In this document: positions 8,295 to 18,842 of the stretch, piece by piece
How the letters are laid out: each line of letters opens with the position of its first letter
How positions within the stretch are numbered: position 1 is the stretch's first letter
Virus record (IMG/VR): IMGVR_UViG_3300042545_001134
Coordinates: 1-64,000 of that record
Direction: 5' to 3' (one strand)
Length of the DNA: 64,000 bases
Translations under genes and position numbers: made by a program
Notes under the pieces: generated by a model
The model's input: only the letters and a program-made list of their open reading frames with translations
Database searches by the model: none
Told to the model about the DNA's origin: nothing

Positions 8295-8538
8295 AATCTA
8301 AAATATAGGGATACTAATAGAGAATATAAAGGGTATTCGTAATTGGGTACCCCTATAACGAACAAAGGAGTCAATTAAGACCCCTTCGCCGAGATGTGGA
8401 TACCTCCTTTCGTTTTTAGTTTTAGTTATCGTTTACGGGCGACCAAACCAATAAACTCTATTAATAAATATCCAAAAAAAAAGAGTTAGTAACTAAACTA
8501 ACCCTTTTTTTAAAATTTATTTTAAATATTTTTTAATC

Positions 8539-9957
8539 TTATTTTTTCCATTTGTATTTCATTGTGATATCTTCGTCACCCCTGTCACCAGTTTCTCTTT
8601 GTCTAACTTCAGTGTAACCTTTTTCTTCCAATGATTTACTTAAAATGTAGTAGTCAGGTCCACTCAATTTAGGTCCTTTCCATACAACTACTTTTCCCCC
8701 TCTTCTTACAACCAAATTGTTACTCGATAAAAGTTCTTGTAATTTATTTTTATCCATTACAGGTTCCGCCGGTACCGGTGGAGGTGTAATTGGAGGAAGT
8801 GTTGAACCCGTAGTTGTTCCTGTTAATGTGGTTGTACTACCTGTTGTTGTTCCTGTGGTAGCAGCAACCGGTGGTGCCGGAACAACAGTTGTTCCTTTAC
8901 ATTTGGCAATGATTGCATCATACGTTTCTTTTGTTAATTCTTTCGAACCACCAAGAGCAACCATTGTCTTAGGTCCAAAGTTACCTGTTTGTAAATCCTG
9001 AGACATACCTAAACAAGATTGGACTTCTCTAATTTGGTCACTACTACATCCATATGCCATTGGGAATGATGTACACGGTGTGTATTTAGTTGAACTTCCA
9101 CCGCCAGTGTTTCCACCACCAGTGTTTCCACCACCACCTTGTGTTCCATCATTTCCATCTGGGTCTAACACCACAACCGCTTCATTCGGATACATTTTAC
9201 CGATTAAGTAAAGAACCGCAGCACCTGTGATACCCAATACCGCCAATGTTTTCCATTGACCTCGAGATAAACTAAACACTTTAATGTTACTTTGACCTAA
9301 AGATTTTGCATCCGCACTAAGAAGTTGACCACCTTTTACAATGTTAACTTTACCACCTTTTACTTTACTAAGAAGTGCCGCCCCTTGTTTACCTTCACCA
9401 ACTAATTTTAAGTTGGTTTTAAGTAATGTGGTTGCTTTGTTATATTTTATCTTATCTAACGCTGCGATGGACTTAGTAATCTGTGAGGTTTTCTGACCCA
9501 TTTTCACTACCTTAGCACCTTTTAAATTATCAATATTACCAACTATTTGTTTACCTGCAGTTTGTAATTCTTTTTTAATAACATCATCTAAACTTTTACT
9601 TGCCTCTTTAATAAGGGTTTGTTTTTCAGCTGCAACTAACTGTTTATAAGTTTTACCGAATTTTTTAATCGCCAAATCCTCAACTAAAACCGATAAACTT
9701 CTTTTATAACCCGGAGCGGCTCTAATTGCCGTCAATGAAACTTGTTTAGAGTTTGATTTTGCTAACGTACCAACAACCTTACTAATTTCTTCCGATGCGT
9801 ATTGTAATACTTTAGCGTCAGATGACCTAAATATATTTTTTAAACCTGTAAGAACACTCTTACCAAATCTAGCCAAAAATGCGCCAATTCCGGCAAATTC
9901 ATCTACCTGTTGCGGTGTGGTTTCCATTTCTTTATTTTCCATTTCTTTATATTCCAT
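8539..9957 (-). CDS. Putative virion protein with TM segment, Gly/Thr linker and peptidoglycan-binding-like segment
   Basis: LAVLGITGAAVLYLIG; QIREVQSCLG..GNFGPKT. Confidence 0.6.
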   Translation of the reverse strand: MEYKEMENKEMETTPQQVDEFAGIGAFLARFGKSVLTGLKNIFRSSDAKVLQYASEEISKVVGTLAKSNSKQVSLTAIRAAPGYKRSLSVLVEDLAIKKFGKTYKQLVAAEKQTLIKEASKSLDDVIKKELQTAGKQIVGNIDNLKGAKVVKMGQKTSQITKSIAALDKIKYNKATTLLKTNLKLVGEGKQGAALLSKVKGGKVNIVKGGQLLSADAKSLGQSNIKVFSLSRGQWKTLAVLGITGAAVLYLIGKMYPNEAVVVLDPDGNDGTQGGGGNTGGGNTGGGSSTKYTPCTSFPMAYGCSSDQIREVQSCLGMSQDLQTGNFGPKTMVALGGSKELTKETYDAIIAKCKGTTVVPAPPVAATTGTTTGSTTTLTGTTTGSTLPPITPPPVPAEPVMDKNKLQELLSSNNLVVRRGGKVVVWKGPKLSGPDYYILSKSLEEKGYTEVRQRETGDRGDEDITMKYKWKK

Positions 9958-9979
9958 TTTTTTATTTATTTTTTATTTT

Positions 9980-11110
9980 TTAACCAAAAACCCCCATCGC
10001 TTCAGCGTCCGCCATGATATCGGGGTTTACATCTGTTGATGTATTTTCATTATCTGTCGATGCAGTTGCACTTTGAGTTTTTTCTTTTGATGGTGTTAAT
10101 GCCGTAACAACACCCGCCGTTGCCACACCTACCGCCACAGCCTTTGCCCCTTGTTTTGATAATAATTTACCTAAAAATGCTTGAAGTTTAGTTAGTACAC
10201 TATCAATTGCGCGTAAAATAACTGAAATGACAGTATCTCCCTTAAATTTCTTTGCCAACGAGTTACCTACGTTTTTTAATGTGCCTTTTAATGCTGGTAT
10301 CTTAGTTGCTAATGAGTTTAACATTTTAACCATTGTAGGTGCTGCTTTTTTAACACCAACCTTTTTAATCATTGGAATTGATTTACTAAATACTTTACCA
10401 ATTGCGGCGGTCAACACTAGAGACAATGCGTCCCCAATTAAAAACATGAAAGGTGATTCCTTTCTTTCGGGGTCTTTCGGGTCATAATCATTAGTTGCGA
10501 TTTCATAGATATCTAATAACACAACAATAGCCCAAACAATTGCGTTTGTTTTTACCGCAAGTATTGAAACAACAACGTCAATAACAATACCGACACCTGT
10601 GTATAATCCACGACGAACCCATCTTAAAAATGGTAGAACTCCGTTTTTAAACACCCACTCCATACCTTTCATGATTGTACTACCGACATTCTTGACTCCT
10701 GATTTTATACCATCCCATGCAGTTGATGCTCCCGATTTAATAGTATCCCAAAGACCTTCGTTAATTATTTCACCGTTTTTAATCCATTCATAAACCATAT
10801 CTTTAGACCACTTAGTGTTCTCAAGAATATTGTTTACTTCACTATGAACACTTTCAGTGATTGTATCACCAAGTTTCGTAAGGGATTCTTTTATTAACTC
10901 GTTGAATACATGGGTATTTTCCCATATACTTCCAATTGATTTTCCATCTCCACCAGCAACAAAAACCTCGTCCATCATGATAAGGTATTTGTTATTTTCA
11001 GTTAATACAAAATCAAACACAAAATCTCTTTTTTCAACAAGACCATACATCTTTTTGATGTTCTGTTTTTCAGACTCTGTAATTACGATTTTTCTTTGAT
11101 TTGAGTACAT
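9980..11110 (-). CDS. Putative virion/membrane protein with ITES leader
   Basis: KIVITESEKQNIKKMYG; hydrophobic helices. Confidence 0.65.
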   Translation of the reverse strand: MYSNQRKIVITESEKQNIKKMYGLVEKRDFVFDFVLTENNKYLIMMDEVFVAGGDGKSIGSIWENTHVFNELIKESLTKLGDTITESVHSEVNNILENTKWSKDMVYEWIKNGEIINEGLWDTIKSGASTAWDGIKSGVKNVGSTIMKGMEWVFKNGVLPFLRWVRRGLYTGVGIVIDVVVSILAVKTNAIVWAIVVLLDIYEIATNDYDPKDPERKESPFMFLIGDALSLVLTAAIGKVFSKSIPMIKKVGVKKAAPTMVKMLNSLATKIPALKGTLKNVGNSLAKKFKGDTVISVILRAIDSVLTKLQAFLGKLLSKQGAKAVAVGVATAGVVTALTPSKEKTQSATASTDNENTSTDVNPDIMADAEAMGVFG

Positions 11111-11149
11111 AATTCTTTATTATCTATATAAATATACCGATTTATGAGT

Positions 11150-11398
11150 TTATTTTAAAGGGTTTGATTTACCTCTTTTTAATAATGAACCAACAATATC
11201 CGACCATTTGGTAACACCTACTTGATTCGCAGGACCTCGAGTCACCCCACTCTCCCATTTACCAACCTCGGGATATCCCTGTTTTGAACCAGAACTCGAT
11301 GTTCCGGCGGTTGGTTGTGCGGCTGCGGGGTCCTCACCTTGTTCGGTAATCCCACTTTTTATGAGGTTATATTGTTTCTCCGATACTATTATTTTCAT
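11150..11398 (-). CDS. Small protein with VSEKQ leader
   Basis: Likely start MKIIVSEKQ at 11398. Confidence 0.65.
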   Translation of the reverse strand: MKIIVSEKQYNLIKSGITEQGEDPAAAQPTAGTSSSGSKQGYPEVGKWESGVTRGPANQVGVTKWSDIVGSLLKRGKSNPLK

Positions 11399-11485
11399 GT
11401 TATCATATAAATATCCCAAAAAAAGTTTAAAAAAAATTTGTGATATTCTAAAAAATAAATATCTTTGTCTAAATAATAACCATAA

Positions 11486-12061
11486 ATGGTAACTAATATG
11501 AAAAATTTAATCTTTATTATTGGAGTAATACTCCTTACGGGATGTGAGAAGTATGAATTGGAAAGTCCACCCAAATTAACGGGTGGTAAGTGGATTTTAA
11601 CCGATTACGATATTATCGTAATAAGTTCAATTAGTGACGTTACAGTTGTGAAGAATGATACTGTGTGTATTAATTCGTTTAGTTTACAACATGTAGATAG
11701 TGGTAGAATCGTGATGAGACAAGACTATAATGGTACCGCATTAGATAGACGTTTTATAAAAGGAAGAACAACTTGGGAATTTGATGGTAATGATAAAGAA
11801 TTGTATTGTAACTATATCCAAATGCCGGGGGTTCCTCGACCTAACCCATTTTGGGTTAACTTATCATTGTATGATAAAAATTTAGAAATACTGAACACCA
11901 CAAATGGGTCAGTTACTAATTACACGTATCAAGCAAATGATGTTGGATACCCAAGGACTTTGACATTATTAAGCCCATCAATTGTTACGGATTTGTATAT
12001 GTCTGACGGTACTCGAGATAAGGCTGTAACTGTAAAGATTACCTTATATTTTATGAGGTAG
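11486..12061 (+). CDS. Lipoprotein
   Basis: Lipobox LLTGC after a hydrophobic signal. Confidence 0.7.
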   Translation: MVTNMKNLIFIIGVILLTGCEKYELESPPKLTGGKWILTDYDIIVISSISDVTVVKNDTVCINSFSLQHVDSGRIVMRQDYNGTALDRRFIKGRTTWEFDGNDKELYCNYIQMPGVPRPNPFWVNLSLYDKNLEILNTTNGSVTNYTYQANDVGYPRTLTLLSPSIVTDLYMSDGTRDKAVTVKITLYFMR

Positions 12062-12062
12062 A

Positions 12063-12431
12063 TTACTCGTCATAGATGGTTTCATCCATCTGTGCAAATA
12101 GTTTGATGTATTGTCCCGCCTTTGAGTTTGCCTCATCTTCAATATCCCCTCCGATATCTGCGGGTTTGACTTTTAAACGACCTTGTTCGAATTGTTTGTG
12201 GTGAACCATTTCGTGGGCAATACTTCTTAAAATATCAACCAACGCTCTGTTTTTAACATTTATCTTAACAAACTTCTCCTCATTAGAATAATTGTAGGCC
12301 GCGGTTGTTTTGAGTTTACCTCTCCCGTTCTGTAAAACCACAGTAGGACACTTCTCTAATTGAAGTTCCTTCTTTACAAATTTTACAAATTCGGATACCT
12401 TGTCTCTTTTATTCTCGTCTAAAAAACTCAT
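12063..12431 (-). CDS. Zn-metallopeptidase-like protein
   Basis: IAHEMVH (HExxH). Confidence 0.65.
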   Translation of the reverse strand: MSFLDENKRDKVSEFVKFVKKELQLEKCPTVVLQNGRGKLKTTAAYNYSNEEKFVKINVKNRALVDILRSIAHEMVHHKQFEQGRLKVKPADIGGDIEDEANSKAGQYIKLFAQMDETIYDE

Positions 12432-12517
12432 ACCAATAAATACTACGAAAAATTATTTTAGGTATACGTAAATTTGTATATATAATTAATCGGTTTTTTC
12501 ATATACTTACCAATACA

Positions 12518-12844
12518 ATGGACTGGTACGTAATCCAATATTTGTATCCAACGGCACTGAATAGGTTCTGCAACACAATGTTTCCAAACGTTGGCATACC
12601 TTGTGTTTCGGTGTTGGAGTTCTATGATATTAAAAAATTATATCACTTTTTTGACAAACAGGGAATCTACCTAACAGTTGAAATGATTACACGTGATATG
12701 TGGGTTTATATGGTATCATTAGATAATGGGAGAGTTATCGCCCCGAGTCAAGATTCTAAAAAAAAACGAGAAGACGTTGAGGTACAAGGTTTCTATGAGT
12801 GTTTTCAATTACTTGAGAGTAAATTACGAAATAGTTATATATGA
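12518..12844 (+). CDS. Hypothetical protein
   Basis: ORF track. Confidence 0.7.
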   Translation: MDWYVIQYLYPTALNRFCNTMFPNVGIPCVSVLEFYDIKKLYHFFDKQGIYLTVEMITRDMWVYMVSLDNGRVIAPSQDSKKKREDVEVQGFYECFQLLESKLRNSYI

Positions 12845-13155
12845 TGGAAGAGAACTTTTTATTCCTATTACAGTCGGCAAAACATATTAAATCGGGGAAT
12901 TATGCTGATGATGATATTGATTTCATCACTGAATTAGTATTAACCATTGACAATGAGATATTAATTGGGTATAATAGTACATGTAGTATTACTTCGTTGG
13001 GTAATGATTTAGAATTTTTCAATAAAATTGTTAACTTTCTACTTCGATACTATGAGGAAACCGAAGAATATGAAAAATGTGAACTTTTACAAAATAAACT
13101 AACTGAGTCTACGGACATAAAGAATCAAAAATTGACAGAAAATGAGCATAATTAA
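12841..13155 (+). CDS. Hypothetical protein
   Basis: ORF track, overlaps upstream stop. Confidence 0.7.
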   Translation: MMEENFLFLLQSAKHIKSGNYADDDIDFITELVLTIDNEILIGYNSTCSITSLGNDLEFFNKIVNFLLRYYEETEEYEKCELLQNKLTESTDIKNQKLTENEHN

Positions 13156-13274
13156 AATGAGTGATGAAGAGAAACAAAAAATTCTCGAAAAACACAAACA
13201 GTCCATCAAGGACTCAAATGACAAAAAAGAAGAATTAAAGAAGGGTTTACAAAAACCTGAAAACACAAAAAAAC

Positions 13275-13517
13275 CTAATCAATAAGATTAGGTTTTTCTT
13301 TTTTAGACAATGTTCTCGAAAAGAAAATATACGACAACCAAAAACATCCGGAAATAAAGTAAAAAATTATATCTGCAGCCCAATATGAGCCAGTTATTTC
13401 CATCAGTAATCTGAAAAGGGCGTCGTACCCAAATGGGAGAAAGAACATTGCTAACATTAGCGACGTATCTCTGAAGAGGGTTAATCTCTTTTCCTTGTCT
13501 TTTAATTTTACTATCAC
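13275..13517 (-). CDS. Small membrane protein
   Basis: Two hydrophobic segments. Confidence 0.55.
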   Translation of the reverse strand: MIVKLKDKEKRLTLFRDTSLMLAMFFLPFGYDALFRLLMEITGSYWAADIIFYFISGCFWLSYIFFSRTLSKKEKPNLID

Positions 13518-13588
13518 CTTCGGGGTCCATGTATTATAATTAATCTTATTATGGGTCTAAATCTAAAACGAAATCCTTAATATAAATA

Positions 13589-15988
13589 TCACCAAGTAGG
13601 AAGATAAAATTGATTAAAGTGTCTTAAAATTTCATTAGACATATCTATTGAGCGATTATACTGATGTACTATTTTAAATAGTTCACCATTACTATTATAA
13701 ACCACTTTATTTCTACTAATTTGAATATTTCTAAATCTACCCTTATCAATTGGGTCGTTGAATATTGTATGTAAATGCGCCGCCAATGGTACATCTTCTC
13801 TTAATCCCGTTTTTTTCAGTATTTGAGACGCATACATTAGTTTTAAAATTATTGCTTGGTCTACTCCGTAAATTGATTTTGTATGTTCAGGAATTTTACC
13901 ATATTCATCTAAAACAATATCGGCAAATTCGGATAGTGTTTTTCTATTACCCGCAATAACCCCACAGTTTAATACTTCATACGGACCTACTGCATTTGCC
14001 ATATCATTACCATAAACATTTCCAATAACACCATAGTTCCATTTTTGGTCTTGTATCGGAATACCTTCAGATGATATAATAATATTATCCTTAGGTAGTG
14101 TATCTAAAATTTCAAACGGATTCCCTTGGAAATAGATATCACTAAAGTCCACGCACAATATTGTTTCATAATCGTGAGTATTTGCGAATTCTTTAAACGC
14201 AACTAATCTATCTAAAAATAGATTATCATAAACAGGTTCCCTATCTATAATTTCAAAATCAAACGCAGTTAATTCTCGTCTAACCGTTTCGTCTTTTTCT
14301 TTTGATGCGTCGATAACATATAAATCGTAATTATATGACGCAAAATAACTAACACTCTTTATAAATGGGAACTTAATAGATGAGTTAATATCTTTTATGT
14401 AAGTTATTACCACATTTTTATTTTTAACGTTAGTTGGTGCCAAAAATAATGGTTCTATATTATGTTTATAGATATTCTCGTCTATTTTAGTTAATGAATG
14501 GGTTCGACCATAATGGTTGGTGTCGAACATACTATCAACATTTCTATTTGGTGTGGTTCTTAAAATTCGACTACTATTACTATAGTTTACCGCTTGGAAC
14601 TCTCTATTATGATTTTGATACTTTGTATCGTATTCTACTGTATAATCGAGTAATGTCGTCACATCAACTGTTTTGATACCGGATTGGTGTAGTTTTGTGT
14701 TAAGGTCATTATCCTCAGACCCCCAACCCCAAAAACCATTTCTATAACCACCAACCTTAAAGAAATCATTATAATGCATCAATGTACTACCATAATCACC
14801 CATGTTAAAGTACGCCTCGTTTAAATTTGGCCACTTCCACTCACCATCAATAGGATAAACATCAACATGGTGAATATAGAGGAATTTATATTTGTTCTTT
14901 TTTCTAAAGTTAATAACCGAATTACAGGACAATCCGGCATTCCACTCACCAATATTATCTAACTCCGCAATTAAAATATCGTAAGTAATTCCCCTATCTT
15001 TAAAGAATTTTGGGGTTTTAACTAAATAATCTTTTAGATGTTGTTCACGATTTCTGTATGGTACAACGATTAATACGTCCTTTTCTTCTGGTTTATTTAA
15101 TGTTGCGGAACTAAACTCTAAATTATTTAGTATTTCAAATTCATTAAGACTTCTAACGGTACCTAATGGATAATCTGTTTTATATGTTGGGTCAAAATAT
15201 TTTTTTTCTGCATGCTCGTTTGATTTGTTTTCCCTATGCATCGTATTCTGAACTTCGTTGTAGTGTCTTGGTGAACCACCACCAGTGTTATATTTGTGCC
15301 AAATTAAACATTCAGGTGTCCCAAAAAAATCCCACCCATTGGTAAACGCTCTAAGTGTTTGGTCGGTTTCTTCATAGTTCCAATATAACTGTGGGTCATA
15401 TGGTAACTCTTTTACGTATTCAATTGGTGCAAAAACAAATCCAGCAGCGAATGTTGTCCCTAAAATGGGTTTATTATCACCATGGTCTAAATTACATGCA
15501 TTTTTATCGAGACCAAACCCTAAAGAGGTAACGGCCTTTCTATTAAATGCCCTAATTTCATTCTTAATGATGTTACTTTGAGTCTTACCATTTTCATAAT
15601 CAAATGCGGACGGGTAAAATGATAAAACCGGTTTTTTACTATTTGACTCTTTTAAATATTGTATAAATTTATCATCCCAATCCTTACCAAAACGCATGTG
15701 TGCATCAATTTGTAAGTAATATTTTTCTTGTTCAATAAATGTTTGAATTTTGTGTCTAACCCAAGATACCCCTTTAGTATTTTTATAATCTAAAGAGTAA
15801 ATCTCAACCTGTCGATTACCAAAATCCATTTTATAAATCTCATCAGCCTCAAAATCAGTTTGGTTAAATACAACAACCCTTATTCTATCTGGGTCTTTAG
15901 CGTTTTCATATAGGTCATTAATTGTGTTTATTAAGTCAGCATCTCTATAGGATGCAATGCTTACAAAAATTTCACAGTTTTTAATCAT
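13589..15988 (-). CDS. Multi-domain glycosyltransferase (GlcNAc-transferase-like + GT7 galactosyltransferase-like + third GT-A-like domain)
   Basis: IFVSIASYRD/LQIDAHMRF; IVVPYRNRE/GWGSEDNDL; LCVDFSDIYFQGNP/LNCGVIAG. Confidence 0.75.
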   Translation of the reverse strand: MIKNCEIFVSIASYRDADLINTINDLYENAKDPDRIRVVVFNQTDFEADEIYKMDFGNRQVEIYSLDYKNTKGVSWVRHKIQTFIEQEKYYLQIDAHMRFGKDWDDKFIQYLKESNSKKPVLSFYPSAFDYENGKTQSNIIKNEIRAFNRKAVTSLGFGLDKNACNLDHGDNKPILGTTFAAGFVFAPIEYVKELPYDPQLYWNYEETDQTLRAFTNGWDFFGTPECLIWHKYNTGGGSPRHYNEVQNTMHRENKSNEHAEKKYFDPTYKTDYPLGTVRSLNEFEILNNLEFSSATLNKPEEKDVLIVVPYRNREQHLKDYLVKTPKFFKDRGITYDILIAELDNIGEWNAGLSCNSVINFRKKNKYKFLYIHHVDVYPIDGEWKWPNLNEAYFNMGDYGSTLMHYNDFFKVGGYRNGFWGWGSEDNDLNTKLHQSGIKTVDVTTLLDYTVEYDTKYQNHNREFQAVNYSNSSRILRTTPNRNVDSMFDTNHYGRTHSLTKIDENIYKHNIEPLFLAPTNVKNKNVVITYIKDINSSIKFPFIKSVSYFASYNYDLYVIDASKEKDETVRRELTAFDFEIIDREPVYDNLFLDRLVAFKEFANTHDYETILCVDFSDIYFQGNPFEILDTLPKDNIIISSEGIPIQDQKWNYGVIGNVYGNDMANAVGPYEVLNCGVIAGNRKTLSEFADIVLDEYGKIPEHTKSIYGVDQAIILKLMYASQILKKTGLREDVPLAAHLHTIFNDPIDKGRFRNIQISRNKVVYNSNGELFKIVHQYNRSIDMSNEILRHFNQFYLPTW

Positions 15989-16090
15989 ATTGGTCTCTTT
16001 CTGATAAAAATAATATTTTTTAGGGGATAAGTAAAGGTATGTTTTGTTTTTTCAAAAATATTGCTTATACTTTAAATATAAGTATTAATA

Positions 16091-16456
16091 ATGGGAACAA
16101 CATACCAACCAATCGTGATAAGTCACGCAGAAAATATCATAGAATCATTTAATGAAAGTGGTTTTTTTGAGGATTATGAAATTGAAGATAAGAGTTATGC
16201 CATGGGTTATCTATGTGATAAACTAACGGATAAATTCATTTTAGGAGAACTAAATGAGGATATTGAGGAATATGTGTTTACCGAAGATGAAATGGAAAAA
16301 ATATTACGGGAAATAATTGCCGGAACCTACTTAACCGAATTACAAGATAAAGGGTTGGTCGATTCAATTGAAGACAATAATGAAGAAGAAAGATTTTTCC
16401 TAACAGATTTAGGTAAAGAATGGGCCGATAAGATTAAAAAAGAAAAAGAGGAATAG
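16091..16456 (+). CDS. Acidic hypothetical protein
   Basis: ORF track with host-type promoter. Confidence 0.7.
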   Translation: MGTTYQPIVISHAENIIESFNESGFFEDYEIEDKSYAMGYLCDKLTDKFILGELNEDIEEYVFTEDEMEKILREIIAGTYLTELQDKGLVDSIEDNNEEERFFLTDLGKEWADKIKKEKEE

Positions 16457-16457
16457 G

Positions 16458-16892
16458 TTATTTGTGTTTTATTAACAATTCACCAATAACCTCAATTAGA
16501 CCAACTAATTTCTGAAATTCAACTTGTTCGATATTCATATCTCCCTTGGTTGATTTATATAATTTGTCAAGAAGTTCTTTATATTCTTTTTTACTAGATT
16601 CAACATCAAACTTACCTTCCGCTGCCTTTTTATAATAAGGTAACTTCACCCTAAAGTGATGGTAGGTCAACAATGAGGGTCCACCCTTTTCTTTTGCGTT
16701 ATCCACAATTTTCTTAGCACCACCCATTCTTTTTTCTGCAAACGTATCGAATGATTTTGGGTGGTTATCATGTCCACATTTGTGACAGACATACAAATCG
16801 TCACCACCTTCGGACTTTTTCCATTTCCAATCACAGTGTTCACAATTAATCATCTCAGATGATTCATTTAATATGTCAAAAAATTTTATCAT
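16458..16892 (-). CDS. Hypothetical protein with zinc ribbon and LNES leader
   Basis: CEHC..CHKC. Confidence 0.7.
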   Translation of the reverse strand: MIKFFDILNESSEMINCEHCDWKWKKSEGGDDLYVCHKCGHDNHPKSFDTFAEKRMGGAKKIVDNAKEKGGPSLLTYHHFRVKLPYYKKAAEGKFDVESSKKEYKELLDKLYKSTKGDMNIEQVEFQKLVGLIEVIGELLIKHK

Positions 16893-17185
16893 TTTTTCTT
16901 TTCGTCAACTTGTTGTTGATTAGTTCCTCTTTTGTGGTCCCTTATTTTGTTTTTAAGCACTTTAAGCATTTTGTTTGCGTCATTTAAATTTGATGAGATT
17001 GAACTTAAACGTCCACTTGAGATTGTTTTTAACCCTTCAGGTATACAATCCTGTACTTTACGTAGTTCTTTAACGGTTTCCGCCAATTGACCCTCAAGTT
17101 CATCTATTTTGAATTGAACCTTATTGTAGTCGTTTCTATTGACTTTGGATGTTTCTTCAGAAATTATTTTTCTGATGGTCTCCAT
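16889..17185 (-). CDS. Coiled-coil hypothetical protein (start uncertain)
   Basis: METIRKIISEE start downstream of TATTTATT. Confidence 0.6.
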   Translation of the reverse strand: METIRKIISEETSKVNRNDYNKVQFKIDELEGQLAETVKELRKVQDCIPEGLKTISSGRLSSISSNLNDANKMLKVLKNKIRDHKRGTNQQQVDEKKK

Positions 17186-17331
17186 TATATATTCTTCGTT
17201 AATTTTGTGTTGCATAATAATAAATACTTGGTAAAAGAGTATTTTCCTAAAAAAGAACTCCCCCATTTTATTGGGGGAGCGTGGTTTTATAATATTAGGG
17301 TAAGTCCCTTTAGGGGGGTTAAATAAGTGAG

Positions 17332-17565
17332 TTACTCAACTCTAAAATCGTTGTTTTCTTTACTACTAATTTCGTTATCTTGTTTCATACCCTCTTTAAT
17401 GTAGGTACGTATTAGTTTAGAAACACTCATATTCTTCTTAGTGGCAACTTTCTCGATTTCTCGAAAATACGCCGGTACTACTCTAAATGACAACATTTGT
17501 ACCAATTGTTTCGATTTTGGTACGTCAGGTGTATGTGTATCTTCGTTAAAATTATTGATTTCCAT
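17332..17565 (-). CDS. Ribbon-helix-helix DNA-binding protein
   Basis: MLSFRV..IEKVATKKNMSVSKLIRTYI. Confidence 0.65.
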   Translation of the reverse strand: MEINNFNEDTHTPDVPKSKQLVQMLSFRVVPAYFREIEKVATKKNMSVSKLIRTYIKEGMKQDNEISSKENNDFRVE

Positions 17566-17636
17566 AATTGGGATTTTTATATAAATATTTGGTATTACGC
17601 AAATAATTTCGTATTATTTAAATAAAACAAATAATC

Positions 17637-17990
17637 ATGTCAACAGAAACACAAATCTCAGCAACCAAACAGTGTGAGGAGTTATATCCTGAAACAACTG
17701 CGGAATTTAAAAAAATCCTAAAGGAACAATATGAGTTGTTCTGTAAAAAACAATTAAATTACGGACCAGATAACATTTCAGTGGGAACAAAGTTAGCAAC
17801 CCCCGAAGAAATTAAGTTGTCACAAACAGGATTGTGGTTCCGTATGAATGATAAAATCCAACGATTAAAACAGTTAGTTCTCTTGGGTAGAGAAGACCAA
17901 GTTGGTGAAACAGTTCAAGACACATACTCGGACCTATCCGTTTATGGAATTATCGCACAAATTGTTATTAGAGGTAAATGGGGTAAATAA
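17637..17990 (+). CDS. Nucleotide-modification-associated domain 1 (DUF1599-like) protein
   Basis: KKQLNYGPDNI, RMNDKIQRLK, DTYSDLSVYGII. Confidence 0.75.
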   Translation: MSTETQISATKQCEELYPETTAEFKKILKEQYELFCKKQLNYGPDNISVGTKLATPEEIKLSQTGLWFRMNDKIQRLKQLVLLGREDQVGETVQDTYSDLSVYGIIAQIVIRGKWGK

Positions 17991-18094
17991 CAATTAGTTA
18001 TGTGTCAAAAACCAAAAATAAGGGGGGTAAAAATGTACCCCCTTTGTTTTTAAAGTAAGACCCAAAATATTTATAATAAACGAAAAAAGGGCAT

Positions 18095-18454
18095 ATGAAA
18101 ATCAACACAAATCATCCGACATTTATTTCCTTCTTAGACGGTGTGAATGGGAATATACTATCTAACATCAGTCCTGAAAAGTATTTTTCATTAACCCCAT
18201 CAAGGAAGGTAAGTTTACAATATTTAACTTTAAAACTCGTTATCCAATCAGTTAAGATTAGAGCCAAGTTGACCGATAGTGAATTATCGGAGTTTACCGA
18301 AATTCTAAAAAAGAAGAACGAGGAAAATGAAAATTACGAGTTTGCTGCGGTTTTAAAAGATGTTCTTACAAATTTTGACACCCTAAATGAGATGACTAAA
18401 ACCGGTATAAGACAGAAAAGAACTGTTAAGACCGATAAAACAACAAATGAGTAG
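18095..18454 (+). CDS. Hypothetical protein (UVR-like motif)
   Basis: EENENYEFAAVLKD. Confidence 0.65.
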   Translation: MKINTNHPTFISFLDGVNGNILSNISPEKYFSLTPSRKVSLQYLTLKLVIQSVKIRAKLTDSELSEFTEILKKKNEENENYEFAAVLKDVLTNFDTLNEMTKTGIRQKRTVKTDKTTNE

Positions 18455-18842
18455 GGGAGAAATTGATACTAAACTAAAAATCATATATGCCAAATCCGCA
18501 TTGGAGTGGTGTGAGGTTACTTTAGGTATTAACACCCGTAAAAGACGTAAACTGGAACTAAGGATAAGTGAAAGAAAAAGAAAAAGTGGTAAGTTTTATT
18601 TTTATGGTAATTATTGTTTTTACAGGAATCGAATTGTGATTTACATTTCTAATTGTAAAACATACAAAGACATTGCATCAACGATAATCCACGAATACAC
18701 TCATTATTTACAATCAAGAACAAAATATGAGGAATACGAGAAGTTATATTACTATTCAACCAACCCATATGAAAGACAGGCGAAGAGAAATGAGGTAAAG
18801 TATACTAAAATGTGTTTAAGTGACATTAGGAAAAGTCTCTAA
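18447..18842 (+). CDS. Zn-metallopeptidase-like protein
   Basis: IIHEYTHYLQ..NPYERQA. Confidence 0.7.
   Translation: MSRGEIDTKLKIIYAKSALEWCEVTLGINTRKRRKLELRISERKRKSGKFYFYGNYCFYRNRIVIYISNCKTYKDIASTIIHEYTHYLQSRTKYEEYEKLYYYSTNPYERQAKRNEVKYTKMCLSDIRKSL

Noticed and set aside
9100-9140. Short tandem repeat CCACCAGTGTTT
   Set aside because: Encodes a GGNTGG low-complexity linker
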